DNA of 64,000 nucleotides from Candidatus Latescibacterota bacterium (GTDB lineage Bacteria > Latescibacterota > UBA2968 > GCA-2709665), in assembly GCA_963662665.2 (NCBI GenBank), contig CAXXJS010000061.1, forward strand, positions 32,001-96,000. The letters run 5' to 3'. Of this stretch, positions 51,087 to 61,208 are shown in pieces. The translations under genes were made by a program, and so were the position numbers. How positions within the stretch are numbered: the first letter of the stretch is position 1; each line of letters starts with the position of its first letter. Under the pieces are notes generated by a model, which saw only the letters and a program-made list of their open reading frames with translations, did not search any database and was not told where the DNA came from.

Positions 51087-51920
51087 GTGGATCTTGACCT
51101 GGATCGTCTGAAGGCGATATTGAATCAGGAACACTCCTACTACAGCTCAACGCCGGCGAAGTACCGCACTGATTCAGACATTGCGCCGCGGGCAAGTGAA
51201 ATAATCGTTTCGCAGTTTCGCCCGAAGATGAGAGTTCTGGATATTGGCTGCGGGAACGGCGGGACCCTTTTGCAGAATGCCAATCGCTTTGACGCGGCCC
51301 TGGGAGTAGACAACGACCCGAAACACTTCGAACTGGCTGAAGAAATCCGGATCGCCAGGGACGTGCAGAACGTGGAGTTCAGGCTTCTCGATTTCCTGGC
51401 CGAACGTAAGGCCCTGGAACCGGAGTCGTTCGACTTCGTCTATTCCGAACGTTCGTCGATCGGATATGACAGTTTCGGCGTCCAGGCTGCTCTCCGGGTC
51501 CTGAAGCCGGGCGGTCTCATCTTCTGTGAGTTGATCGGCGAGTTGCACCATCAGGAGGTGCGCGAAGTCTTCGGCGATCATCCGCGGTTATCCCAAACGA
51601 TCACCGTTCAGGACCAGATACGTGTTGCAATGGAAAGGAACGGCGTTGGGATTCGGTTTGCCGCCGACGTCGTTGAGAAACGGATCTATCCTGACGTGTA
51701 CGAATGGCTTCAGTTCCAATGTTCCATCTGGGCCTGGGGCGGAGGATCGCTTCCCCGGCATGATGACCCTCGCCTAAAGCTGTTCGCTAAACGCAACACG
51801 ACCTCGTCCGGTGAGATCGAGACAACACACCACGTCGCCTGGGTAGGGGCGTCAGGCTCCCCGAGAATCCGTATCCGGAACGCGCTCATTGAGGAGACCA
51901 TTTCATGGCGAAGTTCATAG
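51087..51920 (+). CDS. class I SAM-dependent methyltransferase
   Basis: VLDIGCGNGG; RVLKPGG. Confidence 0.9.
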   Translation: MDLDLDRLKAILNQEHSYYSSTPAKYRTDSDIAPRASEIIVSQFRPKMRVLDIGCGNGGTLLQNANRFDAALGVDNDPKHFELAEEIRIARDVQNVEFRLLDFLAERKALEPESFDFVYSERSSIGYDSFGVQAALRVLKPGGLIFCELIGELHHQEVREVFGDHPRLSQTITVQDQIRVAMERNGVGIRFAADVVEKRIYPDVYEWLQFQCSIWAWGGGSLPRHDDPRLKLFAKRNTTSSGEIETTHHVAWVGASGSPRIRIRNALIEETISWRSS

Positions 51921-52585
51921 GCATCAGCGAATGTGAATCTGCTTCGGGCGCGGCGGTTGTGATCGACGTAATGCGGGCATATACCGTTGCCGCGTGGGCG
52001 ATGCACATGGGCGCGTCGCGTATGATTCTGGTTGACGACCTTGAAGAAGCCCTGAAACTCAAGTCGCGGCTTCCTGGATCCCTGGCGTTGAAGGATGGTG
52101 CGCCGGCAGAGGGATTCGATCTGTATAATTCACCCGCGGACCTGTTGGACGCGGACATCCTTGGCAAGACCATCGTGCAGCGGACAACGGCCGGGACGAT
52201 TGGCGCGGTTGCCGTTCGCCATTGCAAACCACTGATCTGCACGGGATTCGTCTGCGCATCGGCTGTGGCCCGGAGAATACGCGATCTGGCGCCCGATGAA
52301 CTGACCTATGTGGTGACGGGCGAAGACGGAACGGCCGAGGAGGATCTCGCGTGCGCTGAATATATCGATGCGCTCGTTCGAGATCCCCTGGCTGATCCGG
52401 CCCCGTACATCCAGAGAGCTTCAGAGTCCAAAGCGGCGATCGATATCCTTCAGGCAGCGGCGGAGGGCTACCCGGGTATAAACCCACGAGACGTCGAAAT
52501 GTGCATGGATGTCAACCGTTTCAGCTTTACGCTTGAGGCTTCGATGGAAGGCGGACTTCTCGTCCTGGGGAAACATCAAGCATAG
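51905..52585 (+). CDS. 2-phosphosulfolactate phosphatase (ComB) family
   Basis: VVIDVMRAYT; NSP; QRTTAGT; EDLACA. Confidence 0.88.
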   Translation: MAKFIGISECESASGAAVVIDVMRAYTVAAWAMHMGASRMILVDDLEEALKLKSRLPGSLALKDGAPAEGFDLYNSPADLLDADILGKTIVQRTTAGTIGAVAVRHCKPLICTGFVCASAVARRIRDLAPDELTYVVTGEDGTAEEDLACAEYIDALVRDPLADPAPYIQRASESKAAIDILQAAAEGYPGINPRDVEMCMDVNRFSFTLEASMEGGLLVLGKHQA

Positions 52586-52726
52586 ATTCTTTTATCCCAA
52601 TGACTTAGATCGCTTCTTATTGCAACCCATCACCTTTCCGCATGGTACGTGACGGGTGTGCGGACGGGCCGGCCCGGAGGTAATCCGCGCTGCAACGTCA
52701 CCCTGATCGTTTGAGAGAGAAACCCT

Positions 52727-53536
52727 GTGGACGCGTCGAAGATCACCTTTGTCAGCGATCGGGATGGGACCTTCGATCTCTTCGTAATGAACCCGGACGG
52801 GAGCAATCAGAAGAATATTACCCGTACCGCCTGGGAGGAGGATCATCCGCGATGGTCGCCCGATGGCAAATGTATCGCGTACTGCGACCGGCGCCATGGA
52901 AAAGGGGAGATCTACCTGATCGATGCAGATGGGAGCCGACCGAGACGACTGACCCGCAATTCGGCGCCGGATCTTCGTCCGCACTGGTCACCGGACGGGC
53001 AGACGATCATCTTTACGACCGATCGAGACGATAACGTCGAAATCTACGCGATGAACCGCAACGGATCCAACCAGAGGAACCTGACCGATCATCCCGCGCG
53101 GGAACTCGAGTCAACGTACTCTCCCGACGGCTCTCAGATCGCGTTTACCACGGACCGTGACGGAAGATCGCAAATCTACGTGATGAACCCGGATGGCAGC
53201 GGACAGCGACGTCTACACGTGTCACACGGCGACGACGACGATCCGGCCTGGTCGCCGGACGGCATGTGGATTGCCTTCAAATCGGACCGCGACGGTGACA
53301 CGCAGGTATACGTCATGAGGGCGGACGGGTCCGACGCCAGATGTCTCACCAACCTTGAAAAGGGCGCTGGAGAAACCTCCTGGTCTCCAACCGGTCGGCA
53401 GATCGCATTTGCAGCCAACAGAGACGGCCGTCAGCAGATCTACCGAATCGATTTCGACGGCGGGAACCTGATCAACCTCTCCAATAGCCCGGCCAATGAT
53501 TTCGCGCCCGATTGGGGGCCGGAGATCGGGCAGTGA
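52727..53536 (+). CDS. TolB-like PD40-repeat beta-propeller
   Basis: Six P.WSPDG..I.F.SDRDG...IY.M..DG repeats. Confidence 0.92.
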   Translation: MDASKITFVSDRDGTFDLFVMNPDGSNQKNITRTAWEEDHPRWSPDGKCIAYCDRRHGKGEIYLIDADGSRPRRLTRNSAPDLRPHWSPDGQTIIFTTDRDDNVEIYAMNRNGSNQRNLTDHPARELESTYSPDGSQIAFTTDRDGRSQIYVMNPDGSGQRRLHVSHGDDDDPAWSPDGMWIAFKSDRDGDTQVYVMRADGSDARCLTNLEKGAGETSWSPTGRQIAFAANRDGRQQIYRIDFDGGNLINLSNSPANDFAPDWGPEIGQ

Positions 53537-53613
53537 GTATTCAGGATTTCTTATTCAGTGCCGGGTACGGCCGCGCCACCCCGGAGATTTGCAAAGAATG
53601 ACGGAGGTATACA

Positions 53614-53985
53614 ATGCGATTTAATGGGATTTGTATCGTTTCAGACAATGTGCCTCGATTATGCGCTTTCTATAGAGCGATATTGAAACTCGAACCTGAA
53701 GAAGCGAATATTTTCGAGATAATCCCGACGGAGGGAGCGGAATTGTCAGTCTACTCCTCGGAACGCACGGAGAAAACAGCGCCTGGATGCCTGGAGGGAT
53801 CCGGAAACGGCAGGTATACCATCGAGTTCGAGGTGGAAGACGTCGACCGGGAATTCGAACGCCTGGCGGCCCTGAATGTCGAGATTGTCAAACCGCCCAC
53901 AACCCAGCCGTGGGGACGCCGGTCGGTCTGGTTTCGCGATCCGGACCGCAACATCGTCAACTTCTACGCCAATGTTCAGGTATAG
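53614..53985 (+). CDS. VOC family protein
   Basis: IEFEVEDVD; PTTQPWGRRSVWFRDPD.N. Confidence 0.92.
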   Translation: MRFNGICIVSDNVPRLCAFYRAILKLEPEEANIFEIIPTEGAELSVYSSERTEKTAPGCLEGSGNGRYTIEFEVEDVDREFERLAALNVEIVKPPTTQPWGRRSVWFRDPDRNIVNFYANVQV

Positions 53986-54051
53986 AATGGATGTGAGAGA
54001 CGCAAACCAAGCGGATCAGGTTTGCAAAGTCTTACGGTAATGGGGGGCCGA

Positions 54052-54870
54052 ATGGATCGAATTGCCGCATATTACGGCAAAAAGAGCGAAAGCCGGCGCC
54101 TCCTGAGCGGCCGAGGCGAACTGGAATTCGTCCGGACGAAGCGGATTATAGACCAGTATGTGCCGAACGAATCCGGACTGTCGATCGCAGACGTCGGCGG
54201 AGGTACCGGTCCGTACGCGTTCTGGCTTGCGGGGAAGGGACACCGGGTTTCACTGTTTGATCTGGCGCATCGACACGTCGATGAGGCTGTGTGGATCAAC
54301 AGAACCGCGCAAAGGCCGCTCACCCGGATTGAAACTGCCGATGTGCGGACACTTGAACTCGAAGCCGGGCAGTATGGCGTCGTACTGCTCCTGGGACCCA
54401 TGTACCATCTCACCAGCGCAATGGAACGCATTCAGGTCCTTCGGAAAGCCGCCGACTGGCTGTCACCCGACGGCGTTGGGTTTGTGGCCTATATTTCACG
54501 GTTTGCATCGATGTTGGATGGTTTCACGCAGCGTCTTTACGATAATCCGGAATTTCTAGATATTGTGAGGCAGGACCTCGAAACGGGCGTTCACCGACCC
54601 AACAGGGACAATACGAGATACTTTACCGATGCGTATTTCCACCATCCGGATGAGATCGAGCGGGAAGCCGGGAAGGCAAATCTACAGGTCGTGGACCTCG
54701 TCGCCGTAGAGGGAATTGCGTGGATGTGGCAGAATTTCGACGAGATGTGGGCGGACCCGCGAGAACGTGCCATCATGCTCGAGATGATCGACCGCTCGGA
54801 CCGGGACCGCTCTCTCATGGGCGCAAGCAGCCACATTCTTTTGGTTTTCAAAAAGCGCGGCGTTGCATAA
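54052..54870 (+). CDS. class I SAM-dependent methyltransferase
   Basis: ADVGGGTGPYA; LLLGPMYHL; stop within an R''-like GCATAAC. Confidence 0.92.
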   Translation: MDRIAAYYGKKSESRRLLSGRGELEFVRTKRIIDQYVPNESGLSIADVGGGTGPYAFWLAGKGHRVSLFDLAHRHVDEAVWINRTAQRPLTRIETADVRTLELEAGQYGVVLLLGPMYHLTSAMERIQVLRKAADWLSPDGVGFVAYISRFASMLDGFTQRLYDNPEFLDIVRQDLETGVHRPNRDNTRYFTDAYFHHPDEIEREAGKANLQVVDLVAVEGIAWMWQNFDEMWADPRERAIMLEMIDRSDRDRSLMGASSHILLVFKKRGVA

Positions 54871-54929
54871 CAACACGAATCTTGCCTCACCGCTTTCGAC
54901 TGTTTGTTCAGGTGGGCAACCTCGCGACG

Positions 54930-55035
54930 CCTTCGACGAACTCATGGCAGCGCCTGCGAACCTTCGAACGGCTCAGGCACTGCAGACTCAGGGATCGGCT
55001 CGGCTTCTGCGAGTCCCGCTCAAGGGGAGAGTGAT
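54930..55035 (+). repeat. palindromic REP-like element (third, diverged copy)
   Basis: CGGCTCGGCTTCTGCGA.TCCC.CTCAAGGGG shared with 34758-34877. Confidence 0.7.
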
Positions 55036-55118
55036 ACGGGCCGTCAAACGGGCTTGCGCGCTGACCTCCGTCAATATAGTTGCGGCTGAGCAGAAGAAGC
55101 CCCGTCGGGTACAACTCA

Positions 55119-55940
55119 ATGAAGGAATTACCCCAGGGAAGGAAGAGCAGGATCGAGGTCCTTTCGGACGGCAGCGGGGTCAGGAAGACGTACAATGAAA
55201 ACGGATCCGCGGCGGAGAAGTATCGGCGGGAGGTCGGGTTCTACACTCACTATGCCGGATCCAACCTGATTCCGGGACTCATCGGATGCGCGCAAGATAA
55301 GCACATCACTGTCGAGAGAATCGAAGGCCGGAGACTTGCAGACCTGCTGCCCCTCACGTGCGAGGAGATGACGTCGCTTGCGGAAGACTATATTCGGAAA
55401 TTGGCGGAACTTTTCGCGGTTTCAACCGGCGTAGATTGCAGGACCAGGGAAACGTATTACAATGGGCTGGGCGCGGAGGATAACCGTGCATTGCTGCTTG
55501 AACGTCTCGATCGGCTGATTGAATTGTACGATGGAAATCCAATCATTGCCGATCTTCGCGGCTCAGTTTCCAGGATACAGCGTGATCAGGGACTCCTGAT
55601 CAAGCTCGACTGGAATGCTGAAAACGTCTTCCTCCTTGATGGCAGGATCCACAAATTCATCGACTTCGAGCAGGCCTTCATCGGTTCGAAAGCAATCCTG
55701 GCCGGAGTTCTGCTTCACAATCCGATCTGGCCGGCTGCCCGGATCTTCCGTGGGTTGAAGGATGGCGGATTTATCAAATCTGGTGTCAGAGATTTCCGGA
55801 AATATATCTGCTACGGTTTCTCGGCAGTTCTCGTGGATTCGATCCGGAGACGAGGCGCATTATGGGAATCGGAACGACTCGAGTCCGCATTCGAGAGACA
55901 CGTGACGGCCCGCTATAGTGAGATTGCAAAAGGAATGTAG
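55119..55940 (+). CDS. protein-kinase-like/phosphotransferase fold protein
   Basis: VRK.Y; REV.FY; KLDWNAENV; FIDFEQ. Confidence 0.65.
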   Translation: MKELPQGRKSRIEVLSDGSGVRKTYNENGSAAEKYRREVGFYTHYAGSNLIPGLIGCAQDKHITVERIEGRRLADLLPLTCEEMTSLAEDYIRKLAELFAVSTGVDCRTRETYYNGLGAEDNRALLLERLDRLIELYDGNPIIADLRGSVSRIQRDQGLLIKLDWNAENVFLLDGRIHKFIDFEQAFIGSKAILAGVLLHNPIWPAARIFRGLKDGGFIKSGVRDFRKYICYGFSAVLVDSIRRRGALWESERLESAFERHVTARYSEIAKGM

Positions 55941-55985
55941 AAGCGAGCGAACGGTCCGCCTGCACAAATCAATGGGGTTCCTGGA

Positions 55986-56462
55986 ATGCGAACGTACACG
56001 CATGCTTCGGACGGGTACACTTGTCCTTTCTGCCTGGTCGTGAAGGGAATCGAGAACGAACACGTCTGGACGAAACAGCAGGACGTCGTGTTTCGTGATG
56101 GTCACGTCACGGCTTTCATCTCTTCTGCGTGGTGGCCCGGGAATCCCGGGCATGTTCTCGTCATTCCCAATGAACACATTGAAAACGTCTACACAATGCC
56201 AACCCGCTTGCTGGCCAGAATCCAGGAAGTCGCCAGAGAGGTCTCTATCGGATTCAAAGAAAATTACGAATGCGACGGGGTCTCATCGCGCCAGCACAAT
56301 GAACCTGCGGGAAACCAGGATGTGTGGCACTACCACCTGCATGTCTTCCCACGATGGCAAGGCGACCGACTTTATCTCGAACGCCGGAGATCCACGAGTC
56401 CGGAAGCGCGAAGACCCTATGCCGAGCCCCTGCGAGCGTGGCTGAATGCCAGGCTGGGATAG
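55986..56462 (+). CDS. HIT family protein
   Basis: CPFC; GHVLVIP; QDVWHYHLHVFPR. Confidence 0.93.
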   Translation: MRTYTHASDGYTCPFCLVVKGIENEHVWTKQQDVVFRDGHVTAFISSAWWPGNPGHVLVIPNEHIENVYTMPTRLLARIQEVAREVSIGFKENYECDGVSSRQHNEPAGNQDVWHYHLHVFPRWQGDRLYLERRRSTSPEARRPYAEPLRAWLNARLG

Positions 56463-56766
56463 GTTAGAGCGCAGAGAGTCAAAGGTCCATGACAGGAATC
56501 CGGGGCTGTTGCGCAGGAAATAACACACCGGCGTATTGTCTCGGATGCCTTACGCGAAGGAGCGATACCTGGTTCAAGGGCATGAAAGGGTGGAGCAGAC
56601 ATTCCTGTCTGCTCACATAACTCAATTCGAGACCTCGGTGTCCTGTGTCTCGGTACCCCAAAACGGGCCGCCGCCTGGCACGCAGGAAACGAACGGGACT
56701 GACTATCGGATCACCATTCGCCCCGCTGACGCGAACCCCTGCGACAAACGAAAGGACCGATCAACC

Positions 56767-58107
56767 ATGTTTCGAATACAAATGAAAATCGCGCCGATGT
56801 TGCTTGCAGTATTGATACCATGCTCTTGGGCTTCAGCCGACGAATGGCCGCAATGGCGCGGACCGGAGAGGGACGGCGTATGGCGTGAAACCGGGATTAT
56901 CGAAAAGTTCGACGGGCCGGACATCCCGATCCGCTGGCGAGTGCCCATCGGCAGCGGCTACAGCGGCCCGAGTGTCGTGGGCGGGCGCGTCTACATTACT
57001 GACAGGCTTGCGAAACCGAAACAGGTTGAACGGGTCCAATGTTTCGCATGGGAAACGGGCGAACTGATCTGGTCCTACACGTACGATTGCGAGTACCGAA
57101 TCGGCTACGTTGCGGGTCCCCGCGCGACGGTTACCGTGCATAACGGCCTCGCTTACGCCCTCGGGGCGACGGGACATCTCCACTGCTTCGATGCGGCGAC
57201 GGGCGAACTGAAGTGGAATAGAGACCTGAACGCTGAATACAATATTGCGATGCCAACGTGGGGTATCGCTAGCGCGCCCATCGTTGAAGGCTCGAACGTG
57301 GTCGTCCAGATTGGCGGAACGCCCGGAGCGTGTATCGTCGCTTTCGACAGAGAAACGGGAGCCGAGAAATGGAAGGCCCTTGATGACAAAGCATCTTACT
57401 CCGCCCCGATTGTGATTACGCAGGGCAATGCGCGCGTCCTGGTCTCTCGGACAGCCGAGAGCATCGTCGGTCTCAACCCGAAGACGGGCGGTGTGTACTG
57501 GCGCCATCCCTTTCCGCCGAATCGCATGGAGATCGGAATCGCATCCCCCGTCCTCTATCGTAACGAGTTGTTTTTCACAGACTTCTTTGATGGGTCCTTG
57601 CTACTTAAACTGAATCCAAGAAAGCCGGAGATGCAATTCGGGTGGCACCGTAAGGGAGAGAGTGAAAGAAACACGGATGCGCTGCATTCAACGATGTCGA
57701 CTCCGGTCCGACTTGGAGATTATATCTACGGCGTGGACAGTTACGGGGAACTCCGCTGTCTGGATGCCCGCAACGGCGATCGGATCTGGGAAGACCTCAC
57801 CGCGGTTCCCAAAGCCCGCTGGAGCAATATCCATTTTATCAGAAACGGCGACAGGGTCTGGATGTTCAACGAGCGGGGTGAACTGCTGATCACCACGCTT
57901 TCGCCGGACGGGCTGAACATCATCAGTCGCGCGAAACTGATCGAGCCCACACGCGACCAGTTGAACCGCAGAGGTGGCGTCACGTGGGCGCATCCCGGTT
58001 TCGCCTATAAACACGTGTTCGTGCGAAATGACGAGGAACTGGTCTGCGCCAGTCTGGCGCAAAGCGAGGATAAGGATGACCGGGAATCTTCCGGAAACGA
58101 ACCTTGA
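56767..58107 (+). CDS. secreted PQQ-binding-like beta-propeller protein
   Basis: Signal peptide, DEWPQWRGP.RDG, repeated D..TG...W, TWAHP. Confidence 0.92.
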   Translation: MFRIQMKIAPMLLAVLIPCSWASADEWPQWRGPERDGVWRETGIIEKFDGPDIPIRWRVPIGSGYSGPSVVGGRVYITDRLAKPKQVERVQCFAWETGELIWSYTYDCEYRIGYVAGPRATVTVHNGLAYALGATGHLHCFDAATGELKWNRDLNAEYNIAMPTWGIASAPIVEGSNVVVQIGGTPGACIVAFDRETGAEKWKALDDKASYSAPIVITQGNARVLVSRTAESIVGLNPKTGGVYWRHPFPPNRMEIGIASPVLYRNELFFTDFFDGSLLLKLNPRKPEMQFGWHRKGESERNTDALHSTMSTPVRLGDYIYGVDSYGELRCLDARNGDRIWEDLTAVPKARWSNIHFIRNGDRVWMFNERGELLITTLSPDGLNIISRAKLIEPTRDQLNRRGGVTWAHPGFAYKHVFVRNDEELVCASLAQSEDKDDRESSGNEP

Positions 58108-58291
58108 TACATTATTCTTCCGGGACGTAAAATCGAATATAGGCAAGTGGATAAAGGCGATTTGACGGCTGCCTACCAGGATACACCAGGTCACTGGACG
58201 CGAACTGAAAAAACGTCCTTTTTGCCGACCGTTGCGCTCCGTTTCAGGGGTTTTCGTCGCGTTGCCGAGTTGCTGTTTTTTCGAATTGGGA
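58102..58291 (+). mobile_element. MITE copy 6 (190 bp)
   Basis: Perfect CGAA duplication (58098-58101/58292-58295); provides the TGA stop of the upstream gene. Confidence 0.9.
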
Positions 58292-58299
58292 CGAAGATC

Positions 58300-58342
58300 T
58301 GATTCGTATTGCCGTATCTGTTCGCAAATGCCGTAGTTAGAT
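58300..58342 (+). other. right arm of an attC (R' GTTAGAT at 58336)
   Basis: GTTCGCAAATGCCGTA-GTTAGATGAAATGAA; 14/15 complementary to 61201-61215. Confidence 0.7.
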
Positions 58343-58419
58343 GAAATGAAAAAAATAAAGATCTACACAGATAAATTGCCAGAAGAACACCATTCTATGA
58401 ACGAACAGGTTTATGGGTT

Positions 58420-59082
58420 ATGTATGAACTTCTAGCGAAGAATATAACCGCCGTATTCGCCCTTGGAGGAGTTTTGTTGGGCTCAATGTTCACCTTCTTT
58501 GCAAATTCAAGATTAAAAGAGAAGGAGTTGCAACTTCGGCTACGGGAAAAGGTGCTGGATCGGCGAATCGAAGCCCATGAGGCAATTTTTAAGCTGGTTG
58601 CTCCAATGAGACATATGAGGTCGTTGGAGTATCAGGAGTCTGAATCAGAACTTGCCCGAACGCCACAGTTCTTCATGAGTCCTGAGGAATTTTACTCTTG
58701 GCATATTCAGCATTTAGAAGTGGCTGCGACCTATTCTGCGTGGCTAACAAAGCCTGTAAGCCGTGAACTCAATTTTATACAAGACTATACGCTAAACCTA
58801 TCTATGCTTATCGGGCCAGCCCCTGCCAATCTATTTCCTGAGATTGGTCGTATCATTCGGTCAGACTTTATCGATATGGCGCACCAACTAGAGAAAATTG
58901 CATTCGATTTTTTTGAGAAGGACCTAAGTAAGATGACATTTGGTGATCCTGACGAGCATCATAAATATAAAAAAGATGAAACGTTAGAAAGGTTAAACTT
59001 AACCAAACTATATCAAGAATGGGCTACAATAGCCGAAATGATCCAGTCGAATACAGAGTCTTCTATCCTGACCTATTCATGA
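58420..59082 (+). CDS. AT-rich hypothetical protein with an N-terminal TM helix (cassette ORF 1)
   Basis: ORF; last codons replaced by IS1380 (pre-insertion end ...ESSITK*). Confidence 0.75.
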   Translation: MYELLAKNITAVFALGGVLLGSMFTFFANSRLKEKELQLRLREKVLDRRIEAHEAIFKLVAPMRHMRSLEYQESESELARTPQFFMSPEEFYSWHIQHLEVAATYSAWLTKPVSRELNFIQDYTLNLSMLIGPAPANLFPEIGRIIRSDFIDMAHQLEKIAFDFFEKDLSKMTFGDPDEHHKYKKDETLERLNLTKLYQEWATIAEMIQSNTESSILTYS

Positions 59083-60764
59083 ATCGTCAGGGATTGCAGA
59101 TTCGTGCAGCAGAAGCAGCTTTCGAGTGAGTCTAAGAACGCAGGAGAAAGCTGGCTGTGCGGAACTGGCGTTTTCAAGCGATTTCAGGGTGTATTTTTGT
59201 AGCAGGGTTGCGTGGAGGCGTCAGGATGACCTTGTTGTGACTGCCAAGAGCACAGACTTCTCCATGGCTTTTGGTGGTAGCAATCAAGACGTGAAGGCGG
59301 CCTGTTCCAGATGGAAACGTTATGGCATGGCGGTTCCCAGATTGTAGAGCATGGTTCGATAGAGGTGTTTGAGTGGAAACGCCGTTGGCAGATGGAACGT
59401 GATTTTGGTTTTCAGTTCACAAACGCGCCCGGCGACTTTCAAGATGCGGTTTTGCAGCGTATTAAACTGGGCGTTCGTCCACGTGGTGCCGCGCAACCCG
59501 ATATGGGCCAGGGCGTGCACCAACACATAGGCGGCGCTGTGGAGAAAGAGCCGGAAGTGATTGGCGTGGAAGGTGTGGCAAGAGGTGCGATCGGAATGCA
59601 GAAAGGTCTTGTGATTCTTGATGAAGTTTTCCATCCTGCCGCGTGAGCAATAAGCGGTTTTGTAGATGAATGACGGTTGTGCGCCGTTCAGGTTGGTGAC
59701 CACGAATCGGATATTGTGACCTTGCGGGGTGACTTCTGCCTTGCAGATGATGCGGCGTGGGGAAGACCAGCTGCCGGCCTGATAGTCCCAACAGCGATAC
59801 AGGCGCACAGGTTTTCCCCCATCGGCATACAGCGCTTTGGCCTGGTCCATCAAGGGCTGTGCCAACCGCAGCAGCACCGCGTTTCCGCCTTGTCCGAGGA
59901 TAAAAAACACATCGTTTTCGTCACACATCGTGTGCACTTCCGGACACGAAAAGTGTGAATCGCCACGCAACAGGATCTTGACATCGGGCCATGCTTTACG
60001 CAGGTAGGCGATCACCCGTTTGAGAATCGACACGATCTCTTTGCCCGTGGGTCGGCGGCCCGGACGCAAGACCGTCGTGATCAACTTGCCGGTTTGCCCT
60101 TCATAGATATGCAGGGGTTGGTAGCAATAGCCCTTGAAATACGCATTGAATAACGACAACTGCTGGGATCCATACACCTTGTCTTCCGTGTCATCGATAT
60201 CCAACAGAATGGCTTCAGGGGGGTGCTTATACGAGGCGATAAACGCATCGGCAAAGGCCTTCGCGATACGATATAAGTCACCTCTGGTGATCCGGTTCTC
60301 GAACCGACTCATCGTGGGTTGACTGGCCAGGTTGGCACCGGTGACCGGCAACCGATCGCAGGCCGCCTTGAAGCCGGGGTCACTACGCAACGCATTGCAG
60401 TCGTTCGCATCCTCATACCCACACGCCATCTGAAAGACACGCTGAGTCAGCAGGTCCACCGACGGGTGATCCACGTAACTTGGATGCCGACGATCTGTTA
60501 TCGCCTCGACGATCCGACACAAAATGCCGATTCTGGATTCCACCTCGCGAAGCAGCATCGCCCCGGTGTCGCTGGTCAGCATGCCCCCGTCGAAGGTGGC
60601 TTCTACCCGTTTGCCAGAAACACTTGCGAAAGACATCCTTTGTTGTTTATCTTGACCTGCCACGGTAGTTTCCTCCCGGTTCATTGTTATCAGGTTATTC
60701 TCGTAACCATAATATAATACAATGACTTGGGTAAGGAAACTACCTTTTTTGTGAATTATTCAGA
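59067..60764 (-). mobile_element. IS1380-family insertion sequence
   Basis: Imperfect IRs CCTGACCTATTCA / TCTGAATAATTCA; CTAT duplication (59063-59066, 60765-60768). Confidence 0.9.
59320..60684 (-). CDS. IS1380-family DDE transposase
   Basis: FDGG.LTSD.G; GYED.ND...LR.DP; ASQPT.SRFEN; LDID; LRGDS.F; Y..RG.MEN.IK. Confidence 0.95.
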   Translation of the reverse strand: MNREETTVAGQDKQQRMSFASVSGKRVEATFDGGMLTSDTGAMLLREVESRIGILCRIVEAITDRRHPSYVDHPSVDLLTQRVFQMACGYEDANDCNALRSDPGFKAACDRLPVTGANLASQPTMSRFENRITRGDLYRIAKAFADAFIASYKHPPEAILLDIDDTEDKVYGSQQLSLFNAYFKGYCYQPLHIYEGQTGKLITTVLRPGRRPTGKEIVSILKRVIAYLRKAWPDVKILLRGDSHFSCPEVHTMCDENDVFFILGQGGNAVLLRLAQPLMDQAKALYADGGKPVRLYRCWDYQAGSWSSPRRIICKAEVTPQGHNIRFVVTNLNGAQPSFIYKTAYCSRGRMENFIKNHKTFLHSDRTSCHTFHANHFRLFLHSAAYVLVHALAHIGLRGTTWTNAQFNTLQNRILKVAGRVCELKTKITFHLPTAFPLKHLYRTMLYNLGTAMP

Positions 60765-60808
60765 CTATAACCAAATAATGGCAATTCCGTAAATATGGAG
60801 AAAATACA

Positions 60809-61174
60809 ATGAATTATGAATGGGAACGAGCATCAGAAAGAGGCCAAAAAGGAGTCGGATATGTGGAGGTATACAACACCACTGCTAAAGGCCATCGCAT
60901 TAGTGCTGTAATCAGCTTTCTCCCTCAAATAACAGGCCGTTCCAATCAGAGGCAAGTTAATGTATGTCTGTTTTTTGAAGGTAAAAAAGTGGAATTAACC
61001 GATGGCTTTTTTCACTGGATATATGACGATATTGGAGATATCGTTCAGGAGCAAGAAAGTGAATATTTCAATAGTGACTCTGAAGCGTTGGAGTATATGG
61101 TAACTCAAACTCTGATAGTAGACAGAATGCCTCAACTTGATTTGGTATCAAATGGTGATTACGCAATAGGCTAA
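60809..61174 (+). CDS. AT-rich hypothetical protein (cassette ORF 2)
   Basis: GGAG RBS, 121 aa, same cassette as 58420. Confidence 0.65.
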   Translation: MNYEWERASERGQKGVGYVEVYNTTAKGHRISAVISFLPQITGRSNQRQVNVCLFFEGKKVELTDGFFHWIYDDIGDIVQEQESEYFNSDSEALEYMVTQTLIVDRMPQLDLVSNGDYAIG

Positions 61175-61208
61175 TAATTTTGTGATATAAGGATGAAGAC
61201 TTCACTTC

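Noticed and set aside
59067-60764. The resident IS1380 as proven mobiliser of the MITE
   Set aside because: Its IRs (CCTGACCTATTCA/TCTGAATAATTCA) differ from the MITE ends (CCTTGATTCG/CCCCAATTCG); the same family is plausible but a cognate partner is not supported.
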